Shown piece after piece: positions 17,989-27,991 of a DNA stretch of 64,000 nt. The notes under the pieces were generated by a model that did no database searches, was not told where the DNA came from, and worked only from the letters and a program-made list of their open reading frames with translations. The translations under genes were made by a program, and so were the position numbers. This DNA comes from a virus (Duplodnaviria; Heunggongvirae; Uroviricota; Caudoviricetes), in IMG/VR virus record IMGVR_UViG_3300035698_025354; one strand, 5' to 3'. Positions within the stretch are counted from its first letter, which is position 1, and every line of letters begins with the position of its first letter.

Positions 17989-19818
17989 CTACATAGTCTG
18001 AGATAATTGTGATAATCTATCTGTTCTAGTAACTTTAATTTCATTAGAAAACGTATCAAACATCATATTTCTATGAGAAATAATTAGTATAGTTTCAACT
18101 TTAGGAGCAATATCATTCTTAATAACATTAATCAGCCCATCGATGCCACAGTCATCTAAACGACCATCAACCTCATCTAAAACAAGAATATTACTCTGCC
18201 TTCCATACATTTCTTCATGAAAATCAAACATTGCCAACATAAAGGCAACATCAGTCCTCTTTCTCTCGCCACCAGATTCAAAATCATACCCCCACATGTT
18301 GCTGGTGATGCCAAGTGACTTAGTAAGAGAAATTCTAACATCAAGATTAAAAACATCTAAATAATGATTTAACCTTTCATTGATAAATGGAATATGTTCT
18401 TGAAAAATATAACTTTTAATCTTAGTTCTGTCATTATAAGCCTTATAAATATAATGATAATGTTTACCAGCAAAGTCATCTCTTTCAATTTCTTCATTTA
18501 AATCAGCGATAGATTTTTCAGCATTTTTTAATCTATCCTTAGTGTCTTCAATAGATTTCCCATGAGGATTTAATTCCACTCCAATATCTTTAGCTTCTTT
18601 TTTGTATCTCTTAATAGCACTATTATGCTTTTCCCATTGCTTATGTATGCTATTTGCCTCATAAACAGACATAGATGGTTTCTTTTTTTCTATTGATTCT
18701 TCTATTGATCGTTTCACTTTAGTTTTAGAAGCTTTAGAACTATTTAATTGGTCTAATTCTTCTTGCAATAATTTAACTCTATTCTGTAATGGCTCAATTT
18801 TTGAACTTGTATATGAATCAGGTACGTCTTGTTCACATTCAGTGCATATCCTACCAGCTTTATCATACCAATATTTTATTTTCTTATTAAGTGGCTCAAT
18901 TGCACCACTTTTACTAGAGATAAGTGCACTTATGTCATTTATTTGTAATCTTAATGATTCAACTTTCTCCGATATTTTATTAATAATTTTCCATTTATTT
19001 TTTAATTTTTCAATATCTGGCAATTCTATTTCATCACGTAATTTCTTTTCAGTAATTGCTTTTTTAAGTGTATCATACTGTCTTCGTTTTCGATTCTGTG
19101 CAAAATTTGCAGACGATGACTCTAATCTTGTAATTTGTTCTTGATAATCAGCAATATTTTCTTCTAATGTTGATATTTTGTTTCTGTTTCTATTTATTTT
19201 ATCATCTATAACAGCTGATTTATCTTTTGCCACTTTTGCATAATATGAGAATTTATCAACATGTAACACCTTTTCTATTGTCTTTTTTCGTGTTTGGTCG
19301 GCCATTTCCATCCATGGTTTACCATATTGATTAAAAAATGCGGACCCACATAATACATCCCAATCTAATCCGAATTCTTTATTTAGCCGGGCTTGCTGAT
19401 TCTTCGCGGTTGATAACGTATTTGACTCTGTTTTAAATTCATCACCACCATATATATAGAATAACTCATTATTGCCATCTGTATTTCTAGTGCGAGTTAT
19501 TCTATCACCGTTTTTAAATTCAATTGTGACCCTACAATCCTTTTTTGTAAACCAATTGACAACTTTATTACCAGGGCTGGCGGAATGCATTGTCCTGCCA
19601 AACAATCCCCATTGAATCGCATTTAAAAGAGTGGATTTTCCAGATCCGTTGCTTCTTTTTGCCTCCATGGGATTAGAATCGTCATAGACTTCTTTTTCAC
19701 CATCATCAATTATTTCGCCAACAATTAAACATTGGCCCAAATTATCAAGTCTGATTGTTGTTTCATAATCGCCATAAGACATGAAATTTCGCCACGACAC
19801 TGATTTAAATTCTAACAT
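17989..19818 (-). CDS. sbcC: SbcC/Rad50/T4 gp46-like recombination ATPase
   Basis: NGSGKST Walker A, coiled coil with central CTEC hook, ESGGE signature, LVLDEVD Walker B, IISH. Confidence 0.93.
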   Translation of the reverse strand: MLEFKSVSWRNFMSYGDYETTIRLDNLGQCLIVGEIIDDGEKEVYDDSNPMEAKRSNGSGKSTLLNAIQWGLFGRTMHSASPGNKVVNWFTKKDCRVTIEFKNGDRITRTRNTDGNNELFYIYGGDEFKTESNTLSTAKNQQARLNKEFGLDWDVLCGSAFFNQYGKPWMEMADQTRKKTIEKVLHVDKFSYYAKVAKDKSAVIDDKINRNRNKISTLEENIADYQEQITRLESSSANFAQNRKRRQYDTLKKAITEKKLRDEIELPDIEKLKNKWKIINKISEKVESLRLQINDISALISSKSGAIEPLNKKIKYWYDKAGRICTECEQDVPDSYTSSKIEPLQNRVKLLQEELDQLNSSKASKTKVKRSIEESIEKKKPSMSVYEANSIHKQWEKHNSAIKRYKKEAKDIGVELNPHGKSIEDTKDRLKNAEKSIADLNEEIERDDFAGKHYHYIYKAYNDRTKIKSYIFQEHIPFINERLNHYLDVFNLDVRISLTKSLGITSNMWGYDFESGGERKRTDVAFMLAMFDFHEEMYGRQSNILVLDEVDGRLDDCGIDGLINVIKNDIAPKVETILIISHRNMMFDTFSNEIKVTRTDRLSQLSQTM

Positions 19819-19903
19819 CTTGATCTCCGAAGTATCTGTTAATTATATAAAAATCATCTTTAAATTTCTCATGAATTAAAATCTTAGCATCATCACACCA
19901 AGA

Positions 19904-21646
19904 TTATTTCACAATTGCTTCTGTAAACCACGTTGGAATCATGTTTCTTGTATCATCTAAGAATTTATGGATTGATTCATCAAGAATGTAAGTGTCAGCA
20001 TAATCATCTTCTGATCGAACACTGCGTCCATATGCTTGGACAATTTTTAAAGCTGTAAGCCACATATAATACTTACGATCTACTTCTACCCTTCTTGCAA
20101 GTTGTAAATCATCAAAACAATTTGGGTAAGGTACTTTACATATAACTTGGAATCGGCTTAAATCATCCTTAAGATCAATACCCTCATGCATTGCTGGGGC
20201 AATGATTATGCTATTTTTAGATTTAGCATGCTTATCGAGAAGGTCTAACTTATTATTAAAGTCACGCTGATTTAAAAGTCTATTTTTAACATTAAAATTA
20301 GCACTTTTAAGAATATAATCCATAATCGCGAAGTTATGCGTGTGGATTATACCCTTATCGTTTGGGTATTTACTAGTTATTTTTTCAATCTCAGAGACCA
20401 TTTTAGGAGCCCACTCATGCATCCTAGCCTTACCACCTGTCATTTTACCAACAGTATTAAGGTAAATCGGTCTTTTCTCAACAGGAAATCTATTTTTCAT
20501 ACGATAAGCGGCAATATGGCTCTTATCAAGACCAAGAGACCTACAAACAACATTTACATCGAGAATTGTTGCACTCATCATTAAAATCTTGCCAGCATAT
20601 TTAAATAATAATGGTTGGACAAAATCAGTAGCAAACACAGGTTTTAATGTTACAGTTCGATATTCTTTAGATCCAGATTTTTTAATTTCATATTCGCTGA
20701 CCCACTCTGGAGAATCATCGCGTAATGCTACTTGATCTATAAATGTTTTATATTTTTTCAATAATCTTGACAATTCATCTACTAATCTAGTATTTTCTTT
20801 CTTTTCAGCCTCATTAATAATTTCAAGAATCACATTTGGAAAATTGATTTCTTTAAAAAAATTAGCATATTGTACAGGATTATCAAGTTTAGGAATGTAA
20901 ATGTTTTTATCTTGTAGTAGAAAATCGCTTATAGATAAAGAAACAAAACTTAATAATTGTGGTTCAACATTATGAGCCTCATCTATAACCATAAGATCTC
21001 TTGGTTCATCAAATCGTTTTGTCATTTGTGTCTGAAACAAAAAACTGGAAAAGTTCATTACAACTTTTCGACCATTAATAGCTTGATGGACTTGTTCGTA
21101 ATATGGGCAATCACTGTAATGATTGCCTGGGGATAATCTTTGGGCTATCCCATTTTTAACTGGGCCATTAGGAGTAAAGCAGCTAAGACACTTAAATTTG
21201 TTTTTATTGCTATTTATCTTCGTTTTGCAAAATCCATTAGCACAATCAGAAAATTTTTGTCTTTTTTCAAACAAATCCTTAGAGCTGATAAGTTTTTTAT
21301 CAACTAACTTTTGCCCGCTCTTATCCCAAAATGTGCATGGGTATGACGCTCTTCCTCGTAATTCTACCACTTGATCATCAAAATCTCTCACAAGCTGATC
21401 TTGTAAAATTTTTGTGATTGTTAAATAATATGATGTGTTCACCATATCCGCAATAGTCATCCCAACAGCCGATTTCCCACCGCCAGTTGGACATTCAAGT
21501 ATGACAACTTTTTTCCCATCATTGAAACTTTTAAGAGCAAATTCAATAGCCTCTTTTTGACCATCCCTGAAATTTTCTTTTGGAAAATGTTTATTTATAG
21601 CATTTAAATTGAACTTACCTAAGGTACGCGGCTTTGATTCTAACAT
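19904..21646 (-). CDS. DinG/XPD-family SF2 DNA helicase
   Basis: ECPTGGGKS, Cys cluster after RGRASYPC, VIDEAHN, MSATI, EGIDL, QAYGRSVRSEDD. Confidence 0.9.
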   Translation of the reverse strand: MLESKPRTLGKFNLNAINKHFPKENFRDGQKEAIEFALKSFNDGKKVVILECPTGGGKSAVGMTIADMVNTSYYLTITKILQDQLVRDFDDQVVELRGRASYPCTFWDKSGQKLVDKKLISSKDLFEKRQKFSDCANGFCKTKINSNKNKFKCLSCFTPNGPVKNGIAQRLSPGNHYSDCPYYEQVHQAINGRKVVMNFSSFLFQTQMTKRFDEPRDLMVIDEAHNVEPQLLSFVSLSISDFLLQDKNIYIPKLDNPVQYANFFKEINFPNVILEIINEAEKKENTRLVDELSRLLKKYKTFIDQVALRDDSPEWVSEYEIKKSGSKEYRTVTLKPVFATDFVQPLLFKYAGKILMMSATILDVNVVCRSLGLDKSHIAAYRMKNRFPVEKRPIYLNTVGKMTGGKARMHEWAPKMVSEIEKITSKYPNDKGIIHTHNFAIMDYILKSANFNVKNRLLNQRDFNNKLDLLDKHAKSKNSIIIAPAMHEGIDLKDDLSRFQVICKVPYPNCFDDLQLARRVEVDRKYYMWLTALKIVQAYGRSVRSEDDYADTYILDESIHKFLDDTRNMIPTWFTEAIVK

Positions 21647-21697
21647 TATATTCCTATTTTAGATGAAGTCAAGATAGTTTCTTAACTTATAATACTG

Positions 21698-22207
21698 CTA
21701 AGAGTTGCTTATATTATTTGTTATATTTTGAGATTTAATAGTGCGGCATGATTTATGCCCGCTTGTTACACCAGTTTGCACAGAATCATTAAATATCAAA
21801 CTAGAAACATTGGTGTCATGGGTAATATATGTTCCATCTTCACAAACAAAAGCCATCTGACCAGCAATCCCATTACGTTTTACAAAGAAATGAGGTATTC
21901 CAAGGCCACGCCATTGATCCTGATGAACAATTTTCACATTTTCATATGTTATATCACCAACAAGAACAAGTCTATCAACAAATATAGAACCCTTACCAGC
22001 AACTGGGCGATTACTATTAAGCTTAATAATTCTGATTTTCCAATGATGGGTCACGATATGTTGATTGTTATTGGAAAAACAAGCAGTAGCAGTCCAATCC
22101 TCAAAAATTTTTGGATATTGAAGATTCTCAAGATCCGCATCTTCAAAAATAGATACATTATCATAGGATTGACCCTCAGAAAGCGAAATCAAATCAGCCT
22201 TAAACAT
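21698..22207 (-). CDS. Hypothetical protein
   Basis: 169-aa ORF in a same-strand run. Confidence 0.7.
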   Translation of the reverse strand: MFKADLISLSEGQSYDNVSIFEDADLENLQYPKIFEDWTATACFSNNNQHIVTHHWKIRIIKLNSNRPVAGKGSIFVDRLVLVGDITYENVKIVHQDQWRGLGIPHFFVKRNGIAGQMAFVCEDGTYITHDTNVSSLIFNDSVQTGVTSGHKSCRTIKSQNITNNISNS

Positions 22208-22230
22208 AATAATCTATTCTTGCTGGTTTT

Positions 22231-22926
22231 TCAAAAAATATTTCCTAAGAGTATCTTTGTACCAAAATCACCATCAACCCATGTTCTAGACATAGCAGGT
22301 CTTGCAGATGAATTGAACGCATAAAGGATAGCACTTTTACACCTATCAACCAAGTCATTATTGGGGTCAAAATAATTAATCCTATCTCCACCAAATACCT
22401 CAGGGAAGATGCGTGACCCATACCTAAAGATGATGCATTCTGTTTTAAAATCAATATCTGCTGAACATATTTTATTTAAGCATGATCGGTTTTCTCTGCG
22501 AACAAATTGTAATTCTGATAATGAATAACAACAAAATAACCTAATAGGTTTATCATTTGAATATGACTGCCCACCATAATATTCACAAAATGACGATCCC
22601 GATATCGGCAAATAACAAAGATCATCTTCAATTAGATCTTTAATGCGTGATGCTAACTGGTAAGCAATCACTTGATTTTGATTTTGTGGTTTATAATTCA
22701 CAAGATTTTTTGTTTGTGACTGTGGGAACTTTGATCTATCGAGAGCAATTGGTATTGATACAAATCTAAGATTATTAATGTCAATTGGTTTTTTTCTGTT
22801 AATAATGTCAATTCCGATGCCGCTATACCAAAGTTTATGTCCGCCAAGCAATAAATTATGTGTAACAGGGCATCTAAATTGTTGTTCTAAAAATTTTTTA
22901 GATAATTTTTTAGCTAACTTCCGCAA
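22231..22926 (-). CDS. Hypothetical protein, possibly with a degenerate HNH/endonuclease-VII-like N-terminus
   Basis: 'QQFRCPVT...IDIIN...INNLRFVS' loosely resembles Q.g.C..T...DRID...N.r.V. Confidence 0.5.
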   Translation of the reverse strand: MRKLAKKLSKKFLEQQFRCPVTHNLLLGGHKLWYSGIGIDIINRKKPIDINNLRFVSIPIALDRSKFPQSQTKNLVNYKPQNQNQVIAYQLASRIKDLIEDDLCYLPISGSSFCEYYGGQSYSNDKPIRLFCCYSLSELQFVRRENRSCLNKICSADIDFKTECIIFRYGSRIFPEVFGGDRINYFDPNNDLVDRCKSAILYAFNSSARPAMSRTWVDGDFGTKILLGNIF

Positions 22927-22965
22927 TTTCTTCCTAACATCGGAAACCCATGGTGATATATTATC

Positions 22966-23193
22966 CTACATGGTAATAATTGTTTGTATCTCTTCCTCGC
23001 CCCAATATTGCAAATCTTTGTTGGAAATTATACAATTTGGATAGATGCTTTTAGCTTTATAATCATCACCAATCATTTGTGTAATATCATACTTTACACC
23101 GTCACATGTTACAAATCTCCTGTTATTTTTACTGATTACTTTTCTTTTTGGTTTTTTGTCTGATTGTTTTTTGGGTTGTTTTATGTTGTGCAT
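22966..23193 (-). CDS. Small basic hypothetical protein
   Basis: 75-aa ORF with K-rich N-terminus. Confidence 0.65.
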   Translation of the reverse strand: MHNIKQPKKQSDKKPKRKVISKNNRRFVTCDGVKYDITQMIGDDYKAKSIYPNCIISNKDLQYWGEEEIQTIITM

Positions 23194-23258
23194 TGGCCTA
23201 CCGTATTAAATATATGAATATGGAGTTTAAAATTTTAATACTTTAATTGGATTATATT

Positions 23259-24350
23259 ATGTCAAAAGTTGCCTTTATCGCGGATGTTCATTTGGGTGTT
23301 CCAAACAGATTAGATGATATTGTGTTCTCATTGAATACAATAAAGGAATATTGCAGATTATGTGAAATAGACACAGTTGTAGTTCTAGGTGATTTATTCC
23401 ATGATAGAAGATCGATAACAATTGATACGTTAGTGGCAGCAACAAAGTTTTTTAAAGAATGCCAAAAATTGGGTCAAGAATGGATAGCATTTCCGGGCAA
23501 TCATGACATGTTCCTAAGGCACTCATGGGATATTAATTCATTACAGCCATTAGATAAGCACCTCACGATAATTAATGAAATAAAATTATTAAAACTTGAT
23601 GATCAAAGATTTTGGGTTCTACCATTTATCCAATATGAAAAAGCTTATATGCGAGTCCTTAAAAAGCTTGAAGAGCATGTCCAAGAGGGCGATAAGCTCC
23701 TAACTCACGTCGGGGTTCGCGGAGCAACTTTAAATAATTGTTTTTTGCTTAAAGATTGGTCAACAGTCAATTTCGAAAATACGAAATTTGATAAGATCTA
23801 TACTGGTCATTTCCACAGCAAGCAGCAATTAGGTAATGTATGGTATCCAGGTTCTCCAATTCCATTTAAATTCGATGAAGGTGATGTACCACATGGATTT
23901 TATGTATATGACACTAAAACTGATTCACATAAATTCATAAATATTTGGAAAATTGCTGGAAAAATATTTCCTGATGCTACTCCACCACCACAATTTTATT
24001 CAATCCCGGATACCGAAATTGATACAATAGATGAATCAAAAGCTAAGCACAATATGATAAGAATCATGCTAAGCCGCGATTACACAAGAGAAGAAAAACG
24101 AATAATAAAAGAAAGAATCATTAACCTCGGTGCTAAAGCAGTACGATGGTTAAATCTTTCTAAAAAAACAGAAACAGAATCTAAAAAATTACCGTCATAT
24201 GTTGAAAGCCACGATTTATTTGATTCTTGGATAAATGCCGACACAAAAGGTATAAAAGACTTAGACTTAAAAGTTCTTGTAGCCACACATACTGATATTA
24301 TTAATGAAGGTGATGAACTTTATTCAATAGAAGAAGATGAAAGTTTGTGA
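23259..24350 (+). CDS. sbcD: SbcD/Mre11/T4 gp47-like nuclease
   Basis: Metallophosphoesterase motifs ADVH, GDLFHDR, GNHD, H, GHFH, YPGSP; likely ATG at 23259. Confidence 0.92.
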   Translation: MSKVAFIADVHLGVPNRLDDIVFSLNTIKEYCRLCEIDTVVVLGDLFHDRRSITIDTLVAATKFFKECQKLGQEWIAFPGNHDMFLRHSWDINSLQPLDKHLTIINEIKLLKLDDQRFWVLPFIQYEKAYMRVLKKLEEHVQEGDKLLTHVGVRGATLNNCFLLKDWSTVNFENTKFDKIYTGHFHSKQQLGNVWYPGSPIPFKFDEGDVPHGFYVYDTKTDSHKFINIWKIAGKIFPDATPPPQFYSIPDTEIDTIDESKAKHNMIRIMLSRDYTREEKRIIKERIINLGAKAVRWLNLSKKTETESKKLPSYVESHDLFDSWINADTKGIKDLDLKVLVATHTDIINEGDELYSIEEDESL

Positions 24351-24374
24351 TTATACACTACCTTATTAACTTAT

Positions 24375-24698
24375 TCATCTAGCCTCACAGAAATGACCCA
24401 CATACTGTGAATCCCCAAACTCTTCGTTACGAAACCAATAATAATAGTTAAAATTCTCATCCCCACAGATAACTAAAAACAATTTATCACCAATTCTTAT
24501 ATCTTTAGAAGCTGATATTATCGCGACAGATTTCTCAGTTTTTACTGCAAATTTTGTACATGAACCCCATGAACCGTTCATTACATCTATATGAATTACA
24601 TTACCTAGTGGCTTTTTTTTAGTAACATCGGTATCATCGGTATCATAACATCCTGACACAATAAAAAATAGTAACAATAAACAAATAAACTTATACAT
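24375..24698 (-). CDS. Predicted lipoprotein
   Basis: MYK, hydrophobic core, lipobox VSG-C. Confidence 0.7.
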   Translation of the reverse strand: MYKFICLLLLFFIVSGCYDTDDTDVTKKKPLGNVIHIDVMNGSWGSCTKFAVKTEKSVAIISASKDIRIGDKLFLVICGDENFNYYYWFRNEEFGDSQYVGHFCEAR

Positions 24699-24790
24699 TA
24701 CAGCTCTCCAATAAGAGCAAAAAGATTAAACGCTATATCAATGAATTTTTCAATACTGCCCTCATTAATGTCTTTCCCCGCTGGGTCCAC
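24698..24790 (-). pseudogene. 3' remnant (30 codons) paralogous to the C-terminus of 26102-26488
   Basis: 24719-24769 and 26135-26185 match at 46/51 bp; INEGSIEKFIDIAFNLF vs INEDSIEKFVDMAFNLF. Confidence 0.65.
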
Positions 24791-24811
24791 TATTTGTAGT
24801 CAGCCTATTCA

Positions 24812-25894
24812 TTATTTTACCTCAATTTCGGATGGCATTTTAACTTTATGCTTTTTACTATATTCATAAATTGTATCATATTGTGATTGTGTTACCATGT
24901 AATCATTTAAGAATAATGTTGGCCATTTATTCCTTTGGAGTTTTTGCCATCCAAGTTTGATTAAAACATCACCGGCCAAAGGTGTTGATAAATCATCATC
25001 AATATCTTTATTATATCTCTCTTTGATGATTACATGGGCAAACCACTCATGCTCAGAATATTGTATTGCGTAGATTTTTCCTTTTGGACACATCCATCCG
25101 TTATTTGCATCCATTGATTCTTTGAAATTTACTGAATTAACGTATTCTGCTGCTTTAGAATAATTTTCTTCATATCTTTTTTCTTCTATTTCTGCCCAAT
25201 TGTCAACAATTTCTCTTTTTCTTTTTAAGTATTCATTATTATCTTCATAATCATCTTGTGTGATCTCATCCATAAAATCACTAGCACCGGTTTTCGTTAG
25301 CTCGTAGATATCCAAATATTCATCAAGTGCATTTTGCCAAGAATTGCGTTTTTGTAGCCACAATGGTGGCATTCTGATTTTTTCCCATAGGGTAATTTGA
25401 TCATCTTTGTTGATCTTTAATTGTTTGGCGATATCATTTGGTGGGTCGCTCATATAAAAATTATTTCTTGCCATACTCCATCTATAATATCTGCCTCCTG
25501 CGTTCTTTGTCGGCACTGATGTTTCATCATATGAGTTGTATTTGTTTATTGTCATAAATTTAGTATTTAAGTCTAGTTTACACCAACCATTTACAATCGC
25601 ATATGGTTTCCAGTATTCATTGGAGTCAGTGCAGACTCCAACAAATTTTCTTTTAAGCATGTTTTTGTATTCAATGACGTCTTCATTTGTTTGATCTTCA
25701 TCTACAAGTTCGAGATGATTGATTCCTTGAAATTTTTCTTTTCCATTTAGGATTGATACGGCGATATCGTAATTGCATCCTTGAATATCATCTTTTAGCA
25801 TATTTAATGCTTTTTCCCATTTGTCTTCGATCACAAAGTTTCTTGCTATTTTTGTGATAAATTCTCCGGAAATTGAAAAATGTAGTGCTTCCAT
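24812..25894 (-). CDS. Hypothetical phage protein
   Basis: 360-aa ORF with GGA RBS; C-terminal 'GWMCPKG...H' motif. Confidence 0.85.
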   Translation of the reverse strand: MEALHFSISGEFITKIARNFVIEDKWEKALNMLKDDIQGCNYDIAVSILNGKEKFQGINHLELVDEDQTNEDVIEYKNMLKRKFVGVCTDSNEYWKPYAIVNGWCKLDLNTKFMTINKYNSYDETSVPTKNAGGRYYRWSMARNNFYMSDPPNDIAKQLKINKDDQITLWEKIRMPPLWLQKRNSWQNALDEYLDIYELTKTGASDFMDEITQDDYEDNNEYLKRKREIVDNWAEIEEKRYEENYSKAAEYVNSVNFKESMDANNGWMCPKGKIYAIQYSEHEWFAHVIIKERYNKDIDDDLSTPLAGDVLIKLGWQKLQRNKWPTLFLNDYMVTQSQYDTIYEYSKKHKVKMPSEIEVK

Positions 25895-26101
25895 TGGATT
25901 TTCCTTAAAATTGATAGTGAATTTTCTGATATATTGTTACAGAAATTCCTATTGCAGAAAATTTAGGGGTGGGGAATATTTTTCAAGAAAAGCATAAAAA
26001 TAATATAAGCATTATTATGCCAATAAAGTATAAACAATTCCTGTCACGTTTCAAATATTTAATTTGCGTGTTCATTAAGTTGTTACAAAAATGGGAAATG
26101 G

Positions 26102-26488
26102 CTAATTTCGTTCATCATTTCCCCACTCGGAACTAAAAAGATTAAATGCCATATCAACGAATTTTTCAATACTGTCCTCATTGATTATATCATGAGATAT
26201 ATTTATTTGTCTATTTGACCCGTGACGTAAATGAAAAATTTGATAACCAATACTTGTACCATCTATAACTTGTTGATTATGTTCCATAATTAAACATAAT
26301 GATAATTGTGATTCTGTGTTATTAACAAAAATACTACCAATATGATGATAAAGATTTTTGGTAGACCTTACTTCTATAAGTGACCGATTGTTTGGATTAT
26401 CTATAGAAAGCCTAAATGATTTAGTAAGATCTTTATTATTAAAAAGATTTCTAACACCATAAATAAGAGCGATTGAAACATTAGGCAT
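26102..26488 (-). CDS. Hypothetical protein
   Basis: 128-aa ORF overlapping the upstream gene. Confidence 0.7.
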   Translation of the reverse strand: MPNVSIALIYGVRNLFNNKDLTKSFRLSIDNPNNRSLIEVRSTKNLYHHIGSIFVNNTESQLSLCLIMEHNQQVIDGTSIGYQIFHLRHGSNRQINISHDIINEDSIEKFVDMAFNLFSSEWGNDERN

Positions 26489-27014
26489 TTACAATCTCAT
26501 ATCCAATCTCTTGCAAAAATTCTTCTAAGATACTAATTGCTTTGTCTTGCGACCAACACCTAATAGGCTTACTATGAGATAACTGAAATTTTAATTCTGT
26601 CATATCACATATTCCGAGGATTTTATTAATATCATAACATAATAATGGCCAAATGAATGTGTCGGCGAGTCCGATTAAGCACAGATCTTCATTAAGAGAT
26701 TTTGATTTCATTCGGTGTTTTAATGTGTTAATAACATGTTGTTCAAAGTCAAAGTTTGATAATTGAATTGAGTATGATTGTTCTTGCAATTCATTATAAA
26801 CTTTTTTAATATTATTACAAGCTTGTCTAAATGTTGGCATTATGAATATATCAGAACTTAAATCTTTGTATTTCTTAAAATAGAAATTGCCAAATTTAAA
26901 ACAATCTGGGTGTTGGGTCAGTTCGATCATATTTTTTATGTAATTGGATCTCGATTTGATTAAAACATAATAATATGAATCTTCGGTTTCTTTTTTCATT
27001 TTAGTATATGGCAT
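26481..27014 (-). CDS. Hypothetical protein
   Basis: 177-aa ORF. Confidence 0.75.
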   Translation of the reverse strand: MPYTKMKKETEDSYYYVLIKSRSNYIKNMIELTQHPDCFKFGNFYFKKYKDLSSDIFIMPTFRQACNNIKKVYNELQEQSYSIQLSNFDFEQHVINTLKHRMKSKSLNEDLCLIGLADTFIWPLLCYDINKILGICDMTELKFQLSHSKPIRCWSQDKAISILEEFLQEIGYEIVNA

Positions 27015-27029
27015 GAGTATAGTTCCATA

Positions 27030-27069
27030 AGTAGGTTGTTACAATTTTTAATTAGTAGGTTGTTACAAT
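27030..27069. repeat. 16-bp direct repeat AGTAGGTTGTTACAAT x2 (24-bp period), candidate operator
   Basis: Copies at 27030-27045 and 27054-27069, just upstream of the 27014 start; core TTGT-N-ACAA is an interrupted palindrome. Confidence 0.75.
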
Positions 27070-27158
27070 GTATGAATTGTGTTAATGTTTAATACTTTTT
27101 TATCATTTAAGAAATATAAGTTTATTGTGATAATTTTCTTAATCGTATTTAAATCTTG

Positions 27159-27830
27159 GTGATGTCTAATATCACTCGGTTAATTTAACCGACATAGCAA
27201 CCTTATTTGTTGCGTAGTTAGCTGCTGTTAACCATAGTTTCCCATAACACAATGAAGTTCTTTAATGTGTTTTTGTTGCTGTTCATTTTAATTCTTGGAT
27301 AGCCGGGTCTAAATTCAGTTTTAGGTCTCTTCGTTATGGGTGGACACGCGGGATGCGTGTTACATGAAAGTAACATTTGTGGAGTTGTCGCATAATATTC
27401 GTAGTGATATTGGCCACCAACCATAGTGGTAGGATTGCGACCCACAGACCCAACTATGGAACCACAGGCTTTCTTTTCCGATTAGAACCGCCCGGACTAG
27501 CAACGGACCGTTTGAGTATAAGTTATGCATGTGAGTTATGATGAAATGATGAAATAATTGGAATTGCCTGATTAGGCGTAATTGAAAAGTTGATAAAAAA
27601 TCTTTAAAAATTTTGAGAAAACAGACTTAAATCCAAGTTCGTGGGGACCGGCAGTAGCGGGGTTAAGAAAGTAACTCGAATCCCTTGAGACATAGAATCT
27701 GATAGAATGTCCGGCTCCTTTGGCGAGGAGTGATGTGGGCAGGGGAATGGACTTAAGTTTCGACCAGTACAATAAAACTTTCCCAAAGTGCACATGATAC
27801 TGGTGCTTGCTTATGATCCGTGTTTAGGGT
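27159..27830. ncRNA. Candidate structured non-coding RNA (family and strand unresolved)
   Basis: Largest gap between credible ORFs, visibly GC-richer than its flanks, with many adjacent inverted repeats (27159-75, 27176-92, 27197-213, 27246-71, 27421-59, 27715-30, 27763-804) and a long-range helix 27300-08/27490-99. Confidence 0.45.
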
Positions 27831-27991
27831 GAAATGCATATTGTAATTCAGACCATGAGCACTTCTTGTGATAAAACAATAAAACTAAAACTATTAAATC
27901 CTCTTTTTTATTGTTATTATTGTTTTGGGGGTGGGGAAGGTGCAACCCTATACAAAAATTCACTTAAAAACATTTCAAGGTAGGAGAAATT

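Noticed and set aside
17579-17996. + strand WIS-repeat and GFL-repeat ORFs (collagen-like GFL)
   Set aside because: Shadows of the 9-bp repeat; they lie antisense to translationally coupled minus-strand genes.
24719-26185. DGR template/variable repeat pair
   Set aside because: Mismatches are mixed transitions in both directions rather than adenine-specific, and no reverse transcriptase is present.
27740-27810. Hammerhead ribozyme (CGAAAC..GTC on the minus strand)
   Set aside because: The required CUGANGA core is absent before stem II.
27159-27830. tRNA or tmRNA gene
   Set aside because: T-loop-like and GGGGACC segments occur, but I could not build a cloverleaf, a matching G3-U70 acceptor stem or a convincing tag-reading frame.
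25966-27938. G-quadruplex or promoter role for GGGGTGGGGAA at 25966-76 and 27928-38
   Set aside because: Only two G-tracts each, and inconsistent orientation relative to downstream genes; too weak to call.
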